Positions 39,332 to 47,801 of a stretch of 50,365 bases of DNA are shown here, one piece after another. Made by a program: the position numbers and the translations under genes. Below the pieces are notes generated by a model. It was not told the origin of the DNA. It saw nothing but the letters and a program-made list of their open reading frames with translations, and searched no databases. How positions within the stretch are numbered: the first letter of the stretch is position 1; each line of letters starts with the position of its first letter. Origin of the DNA: Myxococcales bacterium. Lineage in GTDB: Bacteria > Myxococcota_A > Polyangia > Polyangiales > Polyangiaceae. The stretch covers positions 1-50,365 of the forward strand of contig PLYU01000302.1 in NCBI GenBank assembly GCA_003153495.1. The letters run 5' to 3'.

Positions 39332-40183
39332 TCACCTGAAGTTCTGCGCGAAGAGCTCCGCCGCCCGTGCGGCGACGACGCTCATGAGCTGGTCTTCGGC
39401 CCCCGTGTCACCCGGCCTCGCCCCGGGCAAGGTCGCTCCGGCGGGGACCTCGCCTCGCAGATCCCTCCCCGGGTAGGAGAATACCGCGATCTTGACCCTG
39501 ACGCGGAGATTGCCGTCCGAGTAGTCGAGCTTGTCGACGCTGACCGACAGGTAGTACCCCTTGAGCTTTCGCCGGCCGATCGCAGCCTTCGCCGCGTCGT
39601 TCGTCTCGCCAGGGGGCGCGATCTGGTAGCCGCCGAGCTCGGCGAGCTTCGAGGTGATCGCCTCGCGCACGACGCGATCGACGTCCGCAGGGGGCCGCGA
39701 CGTGCCGTTCATCACGTGCGAGACCGACACGTAGAACCTGGCGTCCGACACGTACGGGGCGGCGGACGGGGAGGCGGAGCCCGCCGACGACGCGCCGAGC
39801 GAATCGATCGCCATCTGGATCTGCTGCTTCACGGCCGCGTTCGTCTCGACACCCGCCCGGCGACGCAGATACTGGAGCGACGACGCCCGCGCGAGACGCT
39901 TGATGGCCACGGCGACCGCCTGCCGGACGATCTCGCTGGGATCTTCGAGCGCGTCGCAGAGGGGCGAGACGGCGGAGTCGTCGTTCGTGGCCCCGAGGGC
40001 CAGCGCGGCGTTCGTGCGCACGCGGAAATCGTCGGTGTGGCCCGAGCTGGGCGGGAACTTCAGGCGCGAGGCCAGAAACTCGACGCGGCTGTCCGCCCAC
40101 ACCGGAGGCGCGAAGAGGAGCACCACCAGCGCGACGAGGGCGCGGAGCGCGTGGTCTGGCGTCGTCTCCGAACGCACACTCAT
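39332..40183 (-). CDS. secreted HEAT-repeat protein with an uncharacterised C-terminal domain
   Basis: Signal ALRALVALVVLLFAPPVWADS. HEAT/PBS-lyase-like units: VRTNAALALGATNDDSAVSPLCDALEDPSEIVRQAVAVAIKRL. The C-terminal 140 aa (YYLSVSVDKLDYSDGNLRVRVKIAVFSYPG) belongs to no family I recognise. The stop lies 13 nt before the HAMP gene. Confidence 0.7.
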   Translation of the reverse strand: MSVRSETTPDHALRALVALVVLLFAPPVWADSRVEFLASRLKFPPSSGHTDDFRVRTNAALALGATNDDSAVSPLCDALEDPSEIVRQAVAVAIKRLARASSLQYLRRRAGVETNAAVKQQIQMAIDSLGASSAGSASPSAAPYVSDARFYVSVSHVMNGTSRPPADVDRVVREAITSKLAELGGYQIAPPGETNDAAKAAIGRRKLKGYYLSVSVDKLDYSDGNLRVRVKIAVFSYPGRDLRGEVPAGATLPGARPGDTGAEDQLMSVVAARAAELFAQNFR

Positions 40184-40244
40184 GCGAGCGTCCAGAATAT
40201 CACGGCGGGCGGCATCATTCTCTGTGGCACGAGGAACCCTACCG

Positions 40245-40274
40245 TTGACGGACGTCCGCCCGGGTCCATATAGT
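40245..40274 (+). promoter_or_regulatory. candidate sigma70-type promoter for ftsY
   Basis: TTGACG (40245-40250), an 18-nt spacer, then TATAGT (40269-40274), about 30 nt upstream of the ftsY ATG. Confidence 0.35.
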
Positions 40275-40304
40275 CACGCGCCGCCGCGACACGGCGATCC
40301 GCCC

Positions 40305-41519
40305 ATGACCACCGTCGCCATCGTCCTCGCGCTCCTCGTCGCCGCGGTCGTCGCCTTCGTCGTCCTGACGCGAGGCAAGGCCGAGCCCCAGCTGAAGGCG
40401 CCGCCGGGGACCCCCACCCCGAAGCCGTCGGCACGGCCGCGGCCCGCACCCCGGCGCGTCGACGGCGGCAGCGCCGCCCCGGTCGCAGAGTCGCTGCCCC
40501 CGGGTGAAGTCGTAGTAGAGGAGGAGGCGGCGAGACCCGCTGGCCCGCCGAAGCCGCCTCCGCCTCCCGCGCCGGCCATCTCGGCGAAGGACGTCGCCGG
40601 GTTCCGGAAGGGGCTCGCGGCCACCCGGGGCGGGTTGGTCGCCAAGCTCGCGGCGATCCTCAAGGGCAAGAAAGAGATCGATCCGGCCATTGTGCAGGAA
40701 GTGGAAGAGGTCCTGCTCTCGAGCGACGTCGGGCCGAAGACGACACAGGCGATCCTGGCCCGTCTGCGCGACTCGCTCGACAAGAACGAGCTGCGCGACG
40801 AAGGCGCCGTGTGGGATGCCCTGCGCAGCGAGGCGACGCGCATCCTGTCGCTGCCCGGCGGCCCCCTGCGCCTCTCGCAGAAGCCGACCGTCGTCCTGCT
40901 GGTGGGCGTCAACGGGGCGGGCAAGACGACCACCATCGGCAAGCTGGCCACGCGCTACGGCGCGGAGGGCAAGCGCGTGGTCATGGCCGCGGGAGACACG
41001 TTCCGCGCCGCGGCCGTGCAGCAGCTCGAGGTGTGGGGCAAGCGCGTGGGGGCTGACGTCGTCCGCGGCAAGGACGGTGCCGATCCTGGCGCCGTCGCGT
41101 TCGACGCGACCGGCAAGGCGAAGGAGAGCGGCGCCGATCTGCTCCTGATCGATACGGCGGGACGCCTTCACACGAAGGTGCCCTTGATGGACGAGATCAG
41201 GAAGGTCAGAAAGACGATCGCCAAGGCGATGGACGGGGCGCCGCACGAGACACTGCTCGTGCTCGACGCGACCACCGGCCAGAACGCCCTCCAGCAAGCG
41301 CTCCTCTTCAAGGACGCGCTGGACCTCACCGGCATCGTCCTGACCAAGCTCGACGGCACGGCGAAGGGTGGCATCGTCCTAGGGATCTGCGACGAGCTCC
41401 GCGTGCCCGTCCGCTACGTGGGGCTCGGCGAGCGCGCCGAGGACCTGAGAGAGTTTCACGCCGACGCTTTCGTCGAGGCCTTGTTCGGAAAAGCAGAGGA
41501 AGAAGGCGTCGCCGCGTGA
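40305..41519 (+). CDS. ftsY: signal recognition particle receptor FtsY
   Basis: N-terminal membrane anchor TTVAIVLALLVAAVVAFVVL and a Pro-rich A region. NG domain motifs: LLVGVNGAGKTTTIGKLA, AGDTFRAAAVQQLEVWG, LLIDTAGRLH, TKLDGTAKGG. The track ORF start at 39900 is upstream artefact sequence. Confidence 0.93.
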   Translation: MTTVAIVLALLVAAVVAFVVLTRGKAEPQLKAPPGTPTPKPSARPRPAPRRVDGGSAAPVAESLPPGEVVVEEEAARPAGPPKPPPPPAPAISAKDVAGFRKGLAATRGGLVAKLAAILKGKKEIDPAIVQEVEEVLLSSDVGPKTTQAILARLRDSLDKNELRDEGAVWDALRSEATRILSLPGGPLRLSQKPTVVLLVGVNGAGKTTTIGKLATRYGAEGKRVVMAAGDTFRAAAVQQLEVWGKRVGADVVRGKDGADPGAVAFDATGKAKESGADLLLIDTAGRLHTKVPLMDEIRKVRKTIAKAMDGAPHETLLVLDATTGQNALQQALLFKDALDLTGIVLTKLDGTAKGGIVLGICDELRVPVRYVGLGERAEDLREFHADAFVEALFGKAEEEGVAA

Positions 41520-41558
41520 ACCGCCGCTTCGTGGGATGCGTGTGAGACGCTTAACTCA

Positions 41559-41587
41559 TTGCTCACCCGAAATTGCGCTGATATAGT
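41559..41587 (+). promoter_or_regulatory. candidate sigma70-type promoter for the outer-membrane barrel gene pair
   Basis: TTGCTC (41559-41564), a 17-nt spacer, then TATAGT (41582-41587), in a visibly AT-enriched 169-bp intergenic region. The predicted leader is about 95 nt. Confidence 0.35.
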
Positions 41588-41688
41588 CGCGCTCACTTTC
41601 GCTGTAAGCCTGATTCCCCAGTAGTTCTCAGATGTTAGACGCGACGCGTCGGTCGACAACACTTCGAAGGATGCGAGAAGGGGTAGCG

Positions 41689-42726
41689 ATGAGGCAGGCT
41701 GGCAGGTGGCTTCTACTCGCGGCGGCGATGGTACTCGTGCCGCAGGCCGCATATGCGCAGAAGAAGAAGCCCCACAAGGGTGCCAACGCCGGCGCGGCCG
41801 CCGCTCCGGCGCCGACTCCCGTCGACGCGGACGCCGATCAAGCGGCTGCGCCTGCTGCGCCGCCCCCGTCGGCCGATCAGCCGGCCGCAGGGGCAGCAGG
41901 GGACACGAGCGGCGCGAGCGCTCCGGCTGCAGGCGACACCGGAGCCACCGGCGGCGACACCGGCGGGATGGATATCTGCCAGATCACTCCCGACGCCCCT
42001 CAGTGCGCGGCTGCAAAGGAGTTCGATCTCGGCGCCGAGGCCAAGAAGACGGTACGGGCGGAAATCTACGCGGTCCAGCAAGAGTACGTCATCAAGTCTG
42101 GGCGCTTCGAGATCATGCCGTATTTCGCGTTGACGCTGAACGACCAGTTCGTCAGTCACGACGCGCCGGGCCTCGCGCTCAACTACTATTTGACTCAGGT
42201 GCTCGCGGTCGGCGTCAACGGAAACTGGTACCAGGGGTTGAATGCCGATTCGGACTTCAACTTCCAGAACCGCCGGGCTGCCCGTATCGCCGTCCCCCTG
42301 AACGAGTATCAGTTCAGCGGTGACCTGAACTTCACCTACGTCCCGATGTACGGCAAGTTCGCCGGCTTCGGCGACTTCATCTTCCACTACGACGCGTACG
42401 TCGACGGCGGCGTGGGCGTCATCCGGACGCGGCCCATCCCGGTCATCGACCCGGACAACCGCAGCTTCCAGTGGTCGACTCTCGTCAACTTCGACGTCGG
42501 CATCGGATTCCGCATCTTCTTCAACCGGTGGCTCGCAGCAGTCCTCGAGGTGCGTGACTTGATGTACTTCGAGAAGATCGAGAATCTGAAGGTCGCCACG
42601 GGAGCCGGGGCGCAGGACAAGACGACCTGGTACGATCCGGACACGCACTTCACCAACGACGTCCAGATGCAAGTCGGCCTGTCGCTCTTTCTGCCGACTT
42701 CCTTCGATTACCGGTTGCCCAAGTGA
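41689..42726 (+). CDS. outer-membrane beta-barrel protein, GltA/GltB/NfsA/NfsB-type (paralog 1, with low-complexity N-terminal extension)
   Basis: Signal MRQAGRWLLLAAAMVLVPQAAYAQ and an Ala/Pro/Gly/Asp-rich region of about 90 aa. The barrel shows amphipathic strand patterns (GRFEIMPYFALTLNDQF, LALNYYLTQVLAVGVNGNWY, DAYVDGGVGVI, VGIGFRIFFNRWLAAVLEVRD, VQMQVGLSLFLP). It resembles the myxobacterial OMP family that includes GltA/B. Confidence 0.78.
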   Translation: MRQAGRWLLLAAAMVLVPQAAYAQKKKPHKGANAGAAAAPAPTPVDADADQAAAPAAPPPSADQPAAGAAGDTSGASAPAAGDTGATGGDTGGMDICQITPDAPQCAAAKEFDLGAEAKKTVRAEIYAVQQEYVIKSGRFEIMPYFALTLNDQFVSHDAPGLALNYYLTQVLAVGVNGNWYQGLNADSDFNFQNRRAARIAVPLNEYQFSGDLNFTYVPMYGKFAGFGDFIFHYDAYVDGGVGVIRTRPIPVIDPDNRSFQWSTLVNFDVGIGFRIFFNRWLAAVLEVRDLMYFEKIENLKVATGAGAQDKTTWYDPDTHFTNDVQMQVGLSLFLPTSFDYRLPK

Positions 42727-42746
42727 GAACGGAGACGAGGACGGCG

Positions 42747-43628
42747 ATGAAGCGGCGTTTCGTCAGAACGGTCTTGGCATCGGTCCTAGCGGCCGGGGCG
42801 CTATCGACGGCGAGCGCCGCCGAGGCTCAGGAGATTCAGCTCACCGGTCCACTGAAGGGGGCTCCGGCCGCGCGTCACATGCGCCTCTACCGTGAGGGCC
42901 GCTTCGAGATCGCTCCGTCGATCTCGTTCACTCTGCTCGACGAGTACCGGCGGACCATCCTCGCCGGGGCCCGGCTCAACTACAACGTCACCGACTGGCT
43001 GGCTGTCGGCGTCTGGGGCGCGGCAGGCGCCGTCAGCTCGACGACCGACCTGACCGACCGGATCAACGTCACGGCTCCGCGCGATCCCCTGACGGCGATC
43101 AACGTGAACCATGCCGCGGCCCCGTACGGAAACGGAAACGCGCCTCAGCCCAGCTTCGGCGACCAGACGGCCAAGATCTCGTACGTCATCGCGCCGCAGC
43201 TCACGTTCATTCCCTTCCGGGGCAAGCTCGCCATCTTCAACAAGATCTTCGTCGACACCGACCTGTACGTGGCCGGCGGCGTGGGCTTCGTCGGCATCCA
43301 GGAGCGCCAGGACTGCGGCGGCACGGGGCAGAACCTGCACCCCTGCAGCGACCCGAGGACGTTCGCGCTCCAATCCACCTCGAAGATCGCCCCCACGGGC
43401 GGCGTCGGGCTGACGTTCTATCCCGGCAAGTGGTTCTCGATCGGCGTCGAGTACCGCGCGCTGCCGTTCTCGTGGAACCGCGCAGGCTTCGACTCGCGCG
43501 GCGCGGGCACGAACGGGAACTTCCCCGATCAGAAGGTCGACAGCAACGACGAGACGTTCAAGTTCAACCAGCTGGTCACGATCGCGTTGGGCTTCTCGCT
43601 GCCCACGACGCCGAAGCTGAGCGAATAG
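42747..43628 (+). CDS. outer-membrane beta-barrel protein, GltA/GltB/NfsA/NfsB-type (paralog 2)
   Basis: Signal MKRRFVRTVLASVLAAGALSTASAAEAQ. It is clearly paralogous to the upstream gene (GRFEIAPSISFTLLDEY, ARLNYNVTDWLAVGVWGAAG, DLYVAGGVGFVG, GVGLTFYPGKWFSIGVEYR, LVTIALGFSLP). GAGGA lies 6 nt upstream of the ATG. The alternative GTG at 42723 overlaps the upstream stop. Confidence 0.78.
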   Translation: MKRRFVRTVLASVLAAGALSTASAAEAQEIQLTGPLKGAPAARHMRLYREGRFEIAPSISFTLLDEYRRTILAGARLNYNVTDWLAVGVWGAAGAVSSTTDLTDRINVTAPRDPLTAINVNHAAAPYGNGNAPQPSFGDQTAKISYVIAPQLTFIPFRGKLAIFNKIFVDTDLYVAGGVGFVGIQERQDCGGTGQNLHPCSDPRTFALQSTSKIAPTGGVGLTFYPGKWFSIGVEYRALPFSWNRAGFDSRGAGTNGNFPDQKVDSNDETFKFNQLVTIALGFSLPTTPKLSE

Positions 43629-43632
43629 AACC

Positions 43633-44379
43633 CTATCCGCGCTTGACGACGCGGCCGCCCGCGTCGACCGAGAAGCCCGGGGGCACGGCCTTGCGGACGC
43701 CCTCGCGCTGGTCCTCCGGAACGGCCCATGCTCGAGACGCGAGCCCCTCGGCCACCTTGGTCCGCACGCGCATGCTTTCCTCGTCGGCGAGCATCGCAGC
43801 GATGGCAGACACGGCGCCGGCGTCGTCCTGCGCCAGCAGCGTCGACGCGGCGTGGAACCGCACGGCCTCGTTCACGTCCTGCAGGAAGCGCTCGACGTCC
43901 TCGCGGATGCGCGGGTGACGGTGGTCCTCCAGGGCGGTCAGGATCTGCAGCTTCGGGTCGATGAACTTGGCGTACTCGGTGTCCCAGCGCGTGAGCCAGC
44001 GCAGCAGCTCCTCGACGTACTCGTCTTGCCCGACGAGCTCCTTGATGATCTTCATCGGCCAGGCGAGGCTTTCGGCCCTGGCGGCGAACGCCCGCACGGG
44101 CTCGATGGCTTCCTTGCCGGCGCGCAGGATGCCGCGGAAGGCGGCGTCCTTCTCCTCCTGGTCGGTGATCGACGGGTCCATGTGGAAGGTGAAGCGCCTC
44201 AGCAAAGCCTCGACCGCGTCCGCGCTTCCGAGCTCCGACAGCGCCTCGATGGCCTCCTGGCGGTCGTAGTTCTGGGCGCGCTTCTCGATGCGATCCACCC
44301 ACTTGGCGGCCGGGCTGCTCTTCGAGCGCCCCTTGTCGTCCGCCTTCGCGCCACCCTTGAATCGATCGAACAGACCCAT
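43633..44379 (-). CDS. cytoplasmic HEAT-like repeat protein
   Basis: 248 aa starting MGLFDRFKGG. HEAT-like pairs include EAIEALSELGSADAVEALLRRF and VRFHAASTLLAQDDAGAVSAIAAMLADEESMRVRTKVAEGL. A Shine-Dalgarno-like GAGGCAAGGG lies upstream. The track start at 44478 lies in the hairpin region. Confidence 0.7.
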   Translation of the reverse strand: MGLFDRFKGGAKADDKGRSKSSPAAKWVDRIEKRAQNYDRQEAIEALSELGSADAVEALLRRFTFHMDPSITDQEEKDAAFRGILRAGKEAIEPVRAFAARAESLAWPMKIIKELVGQDEYVEELLRWLTRWDTEYAKFIDPKLQILTALEDHRHPRIREDVERFLQDVNEAVRFHAASTLLAQDDAGAVSAIAAMLADEESMRVRTKVAEGLASRAWAVPEDQREGVRKAVPPGFSVDAGGRVVKRG

Positions 44380-44393
44380 GTCCCTTGCCTCGA

Positions 44394-44489
44394 CCCCGGC
44401 ATGAATGCCGGGGCATCCTCCCCGACCGTCGAAGCCCGCCGAAGGCGGGCTTTGCGAGACAAGAAGTTGCCCCGGCATTTATGCCGGGG
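44394..44489. repeat. three GC-rich hairpins; the outer two are copies of one palindrome
   Basis: CCCCGGCAT-GA-ATGCCGGGG (44394-44413), GCCCGCC-GAA-GGCGGGC (44434-44450) and CCCCGGCAT-TT-ATGCCGGGG (44470-44489). They lie between the stop of the sensor gene (44502) and the start of the HEAT gene (44379). They may act as a terminator or attenuator on the minus strand. Confidence 0.75.
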
Positions 44490-44501
44490 TCCGGCGGTTG
44501 T

Positions 44502-45959
44502 CTAGGGGAGCGGCACGGCAAGGAGAACGACCTCGCGGCCGCGGGCCTGCACCTGGTAGCGCACCGGCCGGCCGTACTTCCGCGCGGCGTCCGCCTCCAT
44601 GTTCTGCATGCGCGTCGCGAACGCCTGCTCCGTGACGTGATCGGTGGCCTCTCCGATGGCCCGCTTGGCCGCCACGTACTCCCGGTACAGGCGCTGGTAG
44701 TACTGGGCGGGCGGCTCGGCCGCCAGGCGCCGGATCGACTCGGGGTCCATGGTGCCCTCGCCGGGCGCCTGGTGCATGCGCTTCGGGTCGACCTCGAGGG
44801 CGTCGGTGAACGTCGACGGGCCGGCGGGCACCGAGACTCGCCCTTCGGCGTCCGTCGTGTCCTCCTCGACGCCCATCAGCTGGTTGAGCAGCTGATCGAT
44901 GCGGAACGCCAGGCCCCCGAGCTCGGCGTGCTCGAGCTCGAACCGCTTGTCGGTCTGCCCGTTGAGGATGGCCAGCAGCCCCTCCTCCAGCATGTCGATC
45001 GGGCGCGTCACGTAGTTGCCGAGCAGCCAGCCGGCCAGCACCACCAGCACGAGCCCAAGCGCCATCGCGCCGAAGATCGGCATGAGCGCCACCGCGGTCG
45101 GGTCCTGGATCAGCGACGCGGGCGAGGCCGCCACGAGCAGCGCCCGCCTCCCGTCCTCGAGCGCGGAGAGCGGCGCAGCCGTGACGAGCAGGTCCCCGTC
45201 CCTGACGACGTCGGTCTGCTGGTGCGACAGCGCGTTGAGGAGCATCCCCTTGGCTGCCTGCCCGATGCTGTCGTCGAGTGCCTGGACCTGCTGGGCGGAG
45301 TGCGCGACGACGTCGAAGCCGCCGGCCTTGTTCGGCACCGCCACCACGAGCGGCCGCCCGGTCATCGCCCCGCTCACGCGCGACAAGGTGTCGTTGAGGG
45401 GCCGCCCGATGACCAGGGCGCCGATGATCTTGCCCTGGTCGTCGTGCACGGCGGCGTACGACGCCAGGTAACGGTCGTGCTCGTACCAGACGTCCGAGCC
45501 GGACTGCCCCGTCGCGAGGGTCGACTTGACGCCCGCGTAGGTCCCCGCGAGATCCTCGCCGCGGCTGAGGTTCGAGTTGTTGCGGCCGACGATGCGGCCG
45601 CTCGTGTCGACCAGGCCCACCAGCGTCGGCACGTTGCGCTCGAAGAGGGCCGCGTTCTTCATCCGGCTCACCAGATCGTCGCAGCGCTTGGTCGCGGCGT
45701 CGCCGCGCGCGACCGCGGTCGCCTTCGTGAGCGCATCGACCGTCGCCCCCTCGTTGGCGGCCGTGGTGATCCAGCGCTCGGTGCGCAGGCCGTCGAGCTG
45801 AAGCTGGGCGGCCGCACCGTTGACGCCGGCCTCGGCCTCGGCGCTCAGCTGGTCCTTGTCGCCGGCGGCCGTTCCGAGAGCGGAGCGGACGAGCAAGAAG
45901 GACAGCACGCCGACCACAAGGACGATCAGAGCGTTGACCGCGATGATCTTGATTCGCAT
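44502..45959 (-). CDS. membrane sensor: TM, periplasmic domain, TM, HAMP, then a short C-terminal module (MXAN_5187-type tail?)
   Basis: TM1 is IIAVNALIVLVVGVLSFLLV, followed by a periplasmic domain of about 260 aa, then TM2 MPIFGAMALGLVLVVLAGWLLG. HAMP: YVTRPIDMLEEGLLAILNGQTDKRFELEHAELGGLAFRIDQLLNQL. The C-terminus YYQRLYREYVAAKRAIGEATDHVTEQAFATRMQNMEADAARKYGRPVRYQVQARGREVVLLAVPL carries no kinase, MCP, GGDEF or other known output motif. Confidence 0.8.
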   Translation of the reverse strand: MRIKIIAVNALIVLVVGVLSFLLVRSALGTAAGDKDQLSAEAEAGVNGAAAQLQLDGLRTERWITTAANEGATVDALTKATAVARGDAATKRCDDLVSRMKNAALFERNVPTLVGLVDTSGRIVGRNNSNLSRGEDLAGTYAGVKSTLATGQSGSDVWYEHDRYLASYAAVHDDQGKIIGALVIGRPLNDTLSRVSGAMTGRPLVVAVPNKAGGFDVVAHSAQQVQALDDSIGQAAKGMLLNALSHQQTDVVRDGDLLVTAAPLSALEDGRRALLVAASPASLIQDPTAVALMPIFGAMALGLVLVVLAGWLLGNYVTRPIDMLEEGLLAILNGQTDKRFELEHAELGGLAFRIDQLLNQLMGVEEDTTDAEGRVSVPAGPSTFTDALEVDPKRMHQAPGEGTMDPESIRRLAAEPPAQYYQRLYREYVAAKRAIGEATDHVTEQAFATRMQNMEADAARKYGRPVRYQVQARGREVVLLAVPLP

Positions 45960-46033
45960 GGGCTCTCGGATCCTCCCCTACGGCCGCGCCTTTTCGCCGA
46001 GAACGCTATCATCCGCTCGGAGAGCGCGGCAAC

Positions 46034-47101
46034 ATGCGCGTTATGGCAGGAAACGGGGCCGCCGGGGGAAAGCTCGCGCCGCCGACGCCGCGCGCCCTCC
46101 TCGTCGACGATCCTCGCTTCGACCTCCACAGGCCTCCCGGGCATCATCCGGAGAGGCCGGAGCGCCTCACCGCAGCGCGTCAGGCGATCGCGGCGTACGG
46201 GGAGGCCTGCTTCGAGCGCGTAGCGACCCGCGAAGCCGCCGACGACGAGCTGGCCCGGGTGCACGACCCGCGCTTCGTCGAGCGCCTCTCACGGCTGCGC
46301 GGCGAGGAAGGCTACCTCGACGCCGACACCTACGTGTCGAGGGAGAGCGTGGACGCCGCACGGCTCGCAGCCGGCTCGCTCGTCGCCATGATCGACGCCA
46401 TGGTGCGCGGGCCGGTACGCAAGGGCGTCGCGCTGGTGCGTCCTCCGGGGCACCACGCCCGCCCGTCGCAGGCGATGGGGTTCTGCTTGCTCAACAACGT
46501 GGCCATCGCTGCGGCGCACGCGCGCGCGGCCGGGCTCGGGCGCGTCGCGATCGTCGACTGGGACGTGCACCACGGCAACGGCACCCAGGAGATGTTCTGG
46601 CGCGAGCCTGGAGTGCTCTACGTCTCGACGCACCAGTTTCCCTTCTACCCGGGGACAGGCGCGCTCGACGAGGTCGGAGAGGAAGACGGAGCGGGCTACA
46701 CCGTCAACGTTCCGCTCGGAGCCGGGGGGGGCGACGGCGTGTACGCCTCGGCGTTCGAGCGCGTGATCTTGCCGCTGCTCGAGGAGTACGCGCCCGAGCT
46801 CGTGCTCGTCAGCGCGGGATTCGACGCCTCGGCGCGCGACCCGCTCGCGCAGATGCGGCTCTCTCCCGGCGCGTTCGGGTGGATGGCGCGCTCGCTGGCG
46901 AGAGTGGCCGAGCGCTCGGCCGGAGGGCGGATCGCTCTCGTTCTCGAAGGCGGATACGACCTGGCGTCGCTCGAGGGGGGGCTGACGAGCGCCCTGCGCG
47001 GGATGCTCGACGGACACGCGCCCGAGCTGCCTCGAGCCGACGGGGAGGACGTCGAGCGCGCGGCCCTGCAGGCCCGCCGGGCGTGGGCCGTCGTCACGTG
47101 A
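46034..47101 (+). CDS. histone deacetylase-family (arginase/deacetylase fold) protein
   Basis: RPPGHHA, VDWDVHHGNGTQEMFW, HQFPFYPGTG and LEGGYDL motifs; 355 aa. Confidence 0.9.
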   Translation: MRVMAGNGAAGGKLAPPTPRALLVDDPRFDLHRPPGHHPERPERLTAARQAIAAYGEACFERVATREAADDELARVHDPRFVERLSRLRGEEGYLDADTYVSRESVDAARLAAGSLVAMIDAMVRGPVRKGVALVRPPGHHARPSQAMGFCLLNNVAIAAAHARAAGLGRVAIVDWDVHHGNGTQEMFWREPGVLYVSTHQFPFYPGTGALDEVGEEDGAGYTVNVPLGAGGGDGVYASAFERVILPLLEEYAPELVLVSAGFDASARDPLAQMRLSPGAFGWMARSLARVAERSAGGRIALVLEGGYDLASLEGGLTSALRGMLDGHAPELPRADGEDVERAALQARRAWAVVT

Positions 47102-47117
47102 ACCGGCGGGGGCCGGT
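47102..47117. terminator. short hairpin between convergent HDAC and response-regulator genes
   Basis: ACCGGC-GGGG-GCCGGT fills the 15-nt gap between the two stop codons. It is only 6 bp and has no U tract, so support is weak. Confidence 0.25.
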
Positions 47118-47605
47118 CAGGCCCCGGAGGCGTCGGACGTCGCCGGCACGCGCTGGGAGCGGATGCGGCGAGACACGAAGGCCCGGAGAGCGTGCGCGTC
47201 GATCGGCTTCTCGAGGCACGTGTTCGACACGCGATCGAGGAAATCGCGCACCTCGGGAAGCAAGGCGCAGCCCGTGACGAACACGATGCGCGCGGCTTCC
47301 TGGGGAGCGATCTGCGCCATTCGCTCGTGGAGCTGGGCGCCGGTCATGACCGGCATCATGACGTCGCACAGGATGACGTCGAATCGCTCGCCGCCGGCCA
47401 CGCGCGAGAGAGCGTCGGCCGGGTCGGTCACGGTCGTCACGTCGTGCTCGTCACCGAGAATCAGAGCGATCACGCGGGCCACCGCGGCATCGTCATCGAC
47501 CACGAGCACCCGGCCGGGTCGCACCTGGGTGCCTGAGCCTCGCTTCGGGGAGTCGAATCCGGTCACTCGTCTATTGCCAGCACCCATCGTGCCAGTCCTT
47601 TCCAT
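47117..47605 (-). CDS. single-domain response regulator (receiver only)
   Basis: RVLVVDDDAAVARVIALILGDEHDVTTVTDPADALSRVAGGERFDVILCDVMMPVMTG...VFVTG. The acidic pocket DD, the phospho-acceptor D in ILCDVMMP, the T and the K-region are present. There is no output domain. Confidence 0.88.
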   Translation of the reverse strand: MERTGTMGAGNRRVTGFDSPKRGSGTQVRPGRVLVVDDDAAVARVIALILGDEHDVTTVTDPADALSRVAGGERFDVILCDVMMPVMTGAQLHERMAQIAPQEAARIVFVTGCALLPEVRDFLDRVSNTCLEKPIDAHALRAFVSRRIRSQRVPATSDASGA

Positions 47606-47801
47606 GAGAGCTTACCTAAGGAAGGCGCCGATACCCGGCGTTCCCGGTGTGGCATCTTGCCACGGTGTGACGGTTCGTCGTGGCAAAGCTCTACTGCTGA
47701 GGCTCCCAGCCAGGGCGGGTGTAGGCGAGCTAGAGTGGTCCTGCCTCGGCCTCGCCCGCCGAGGAGCACGCTCTGGCCTCCCCTCTCGAGCTTCGTCTCG
47801 G

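Noticed and set aside
47163-47801. Upstream 213 codons of ORF 47163..49412.
   Set aside because: This part is antisense to the well-supported response-regulator gene and has Ser/Arg/Thr-rich composition. Coding-like sequence begins only near 47802-47862.
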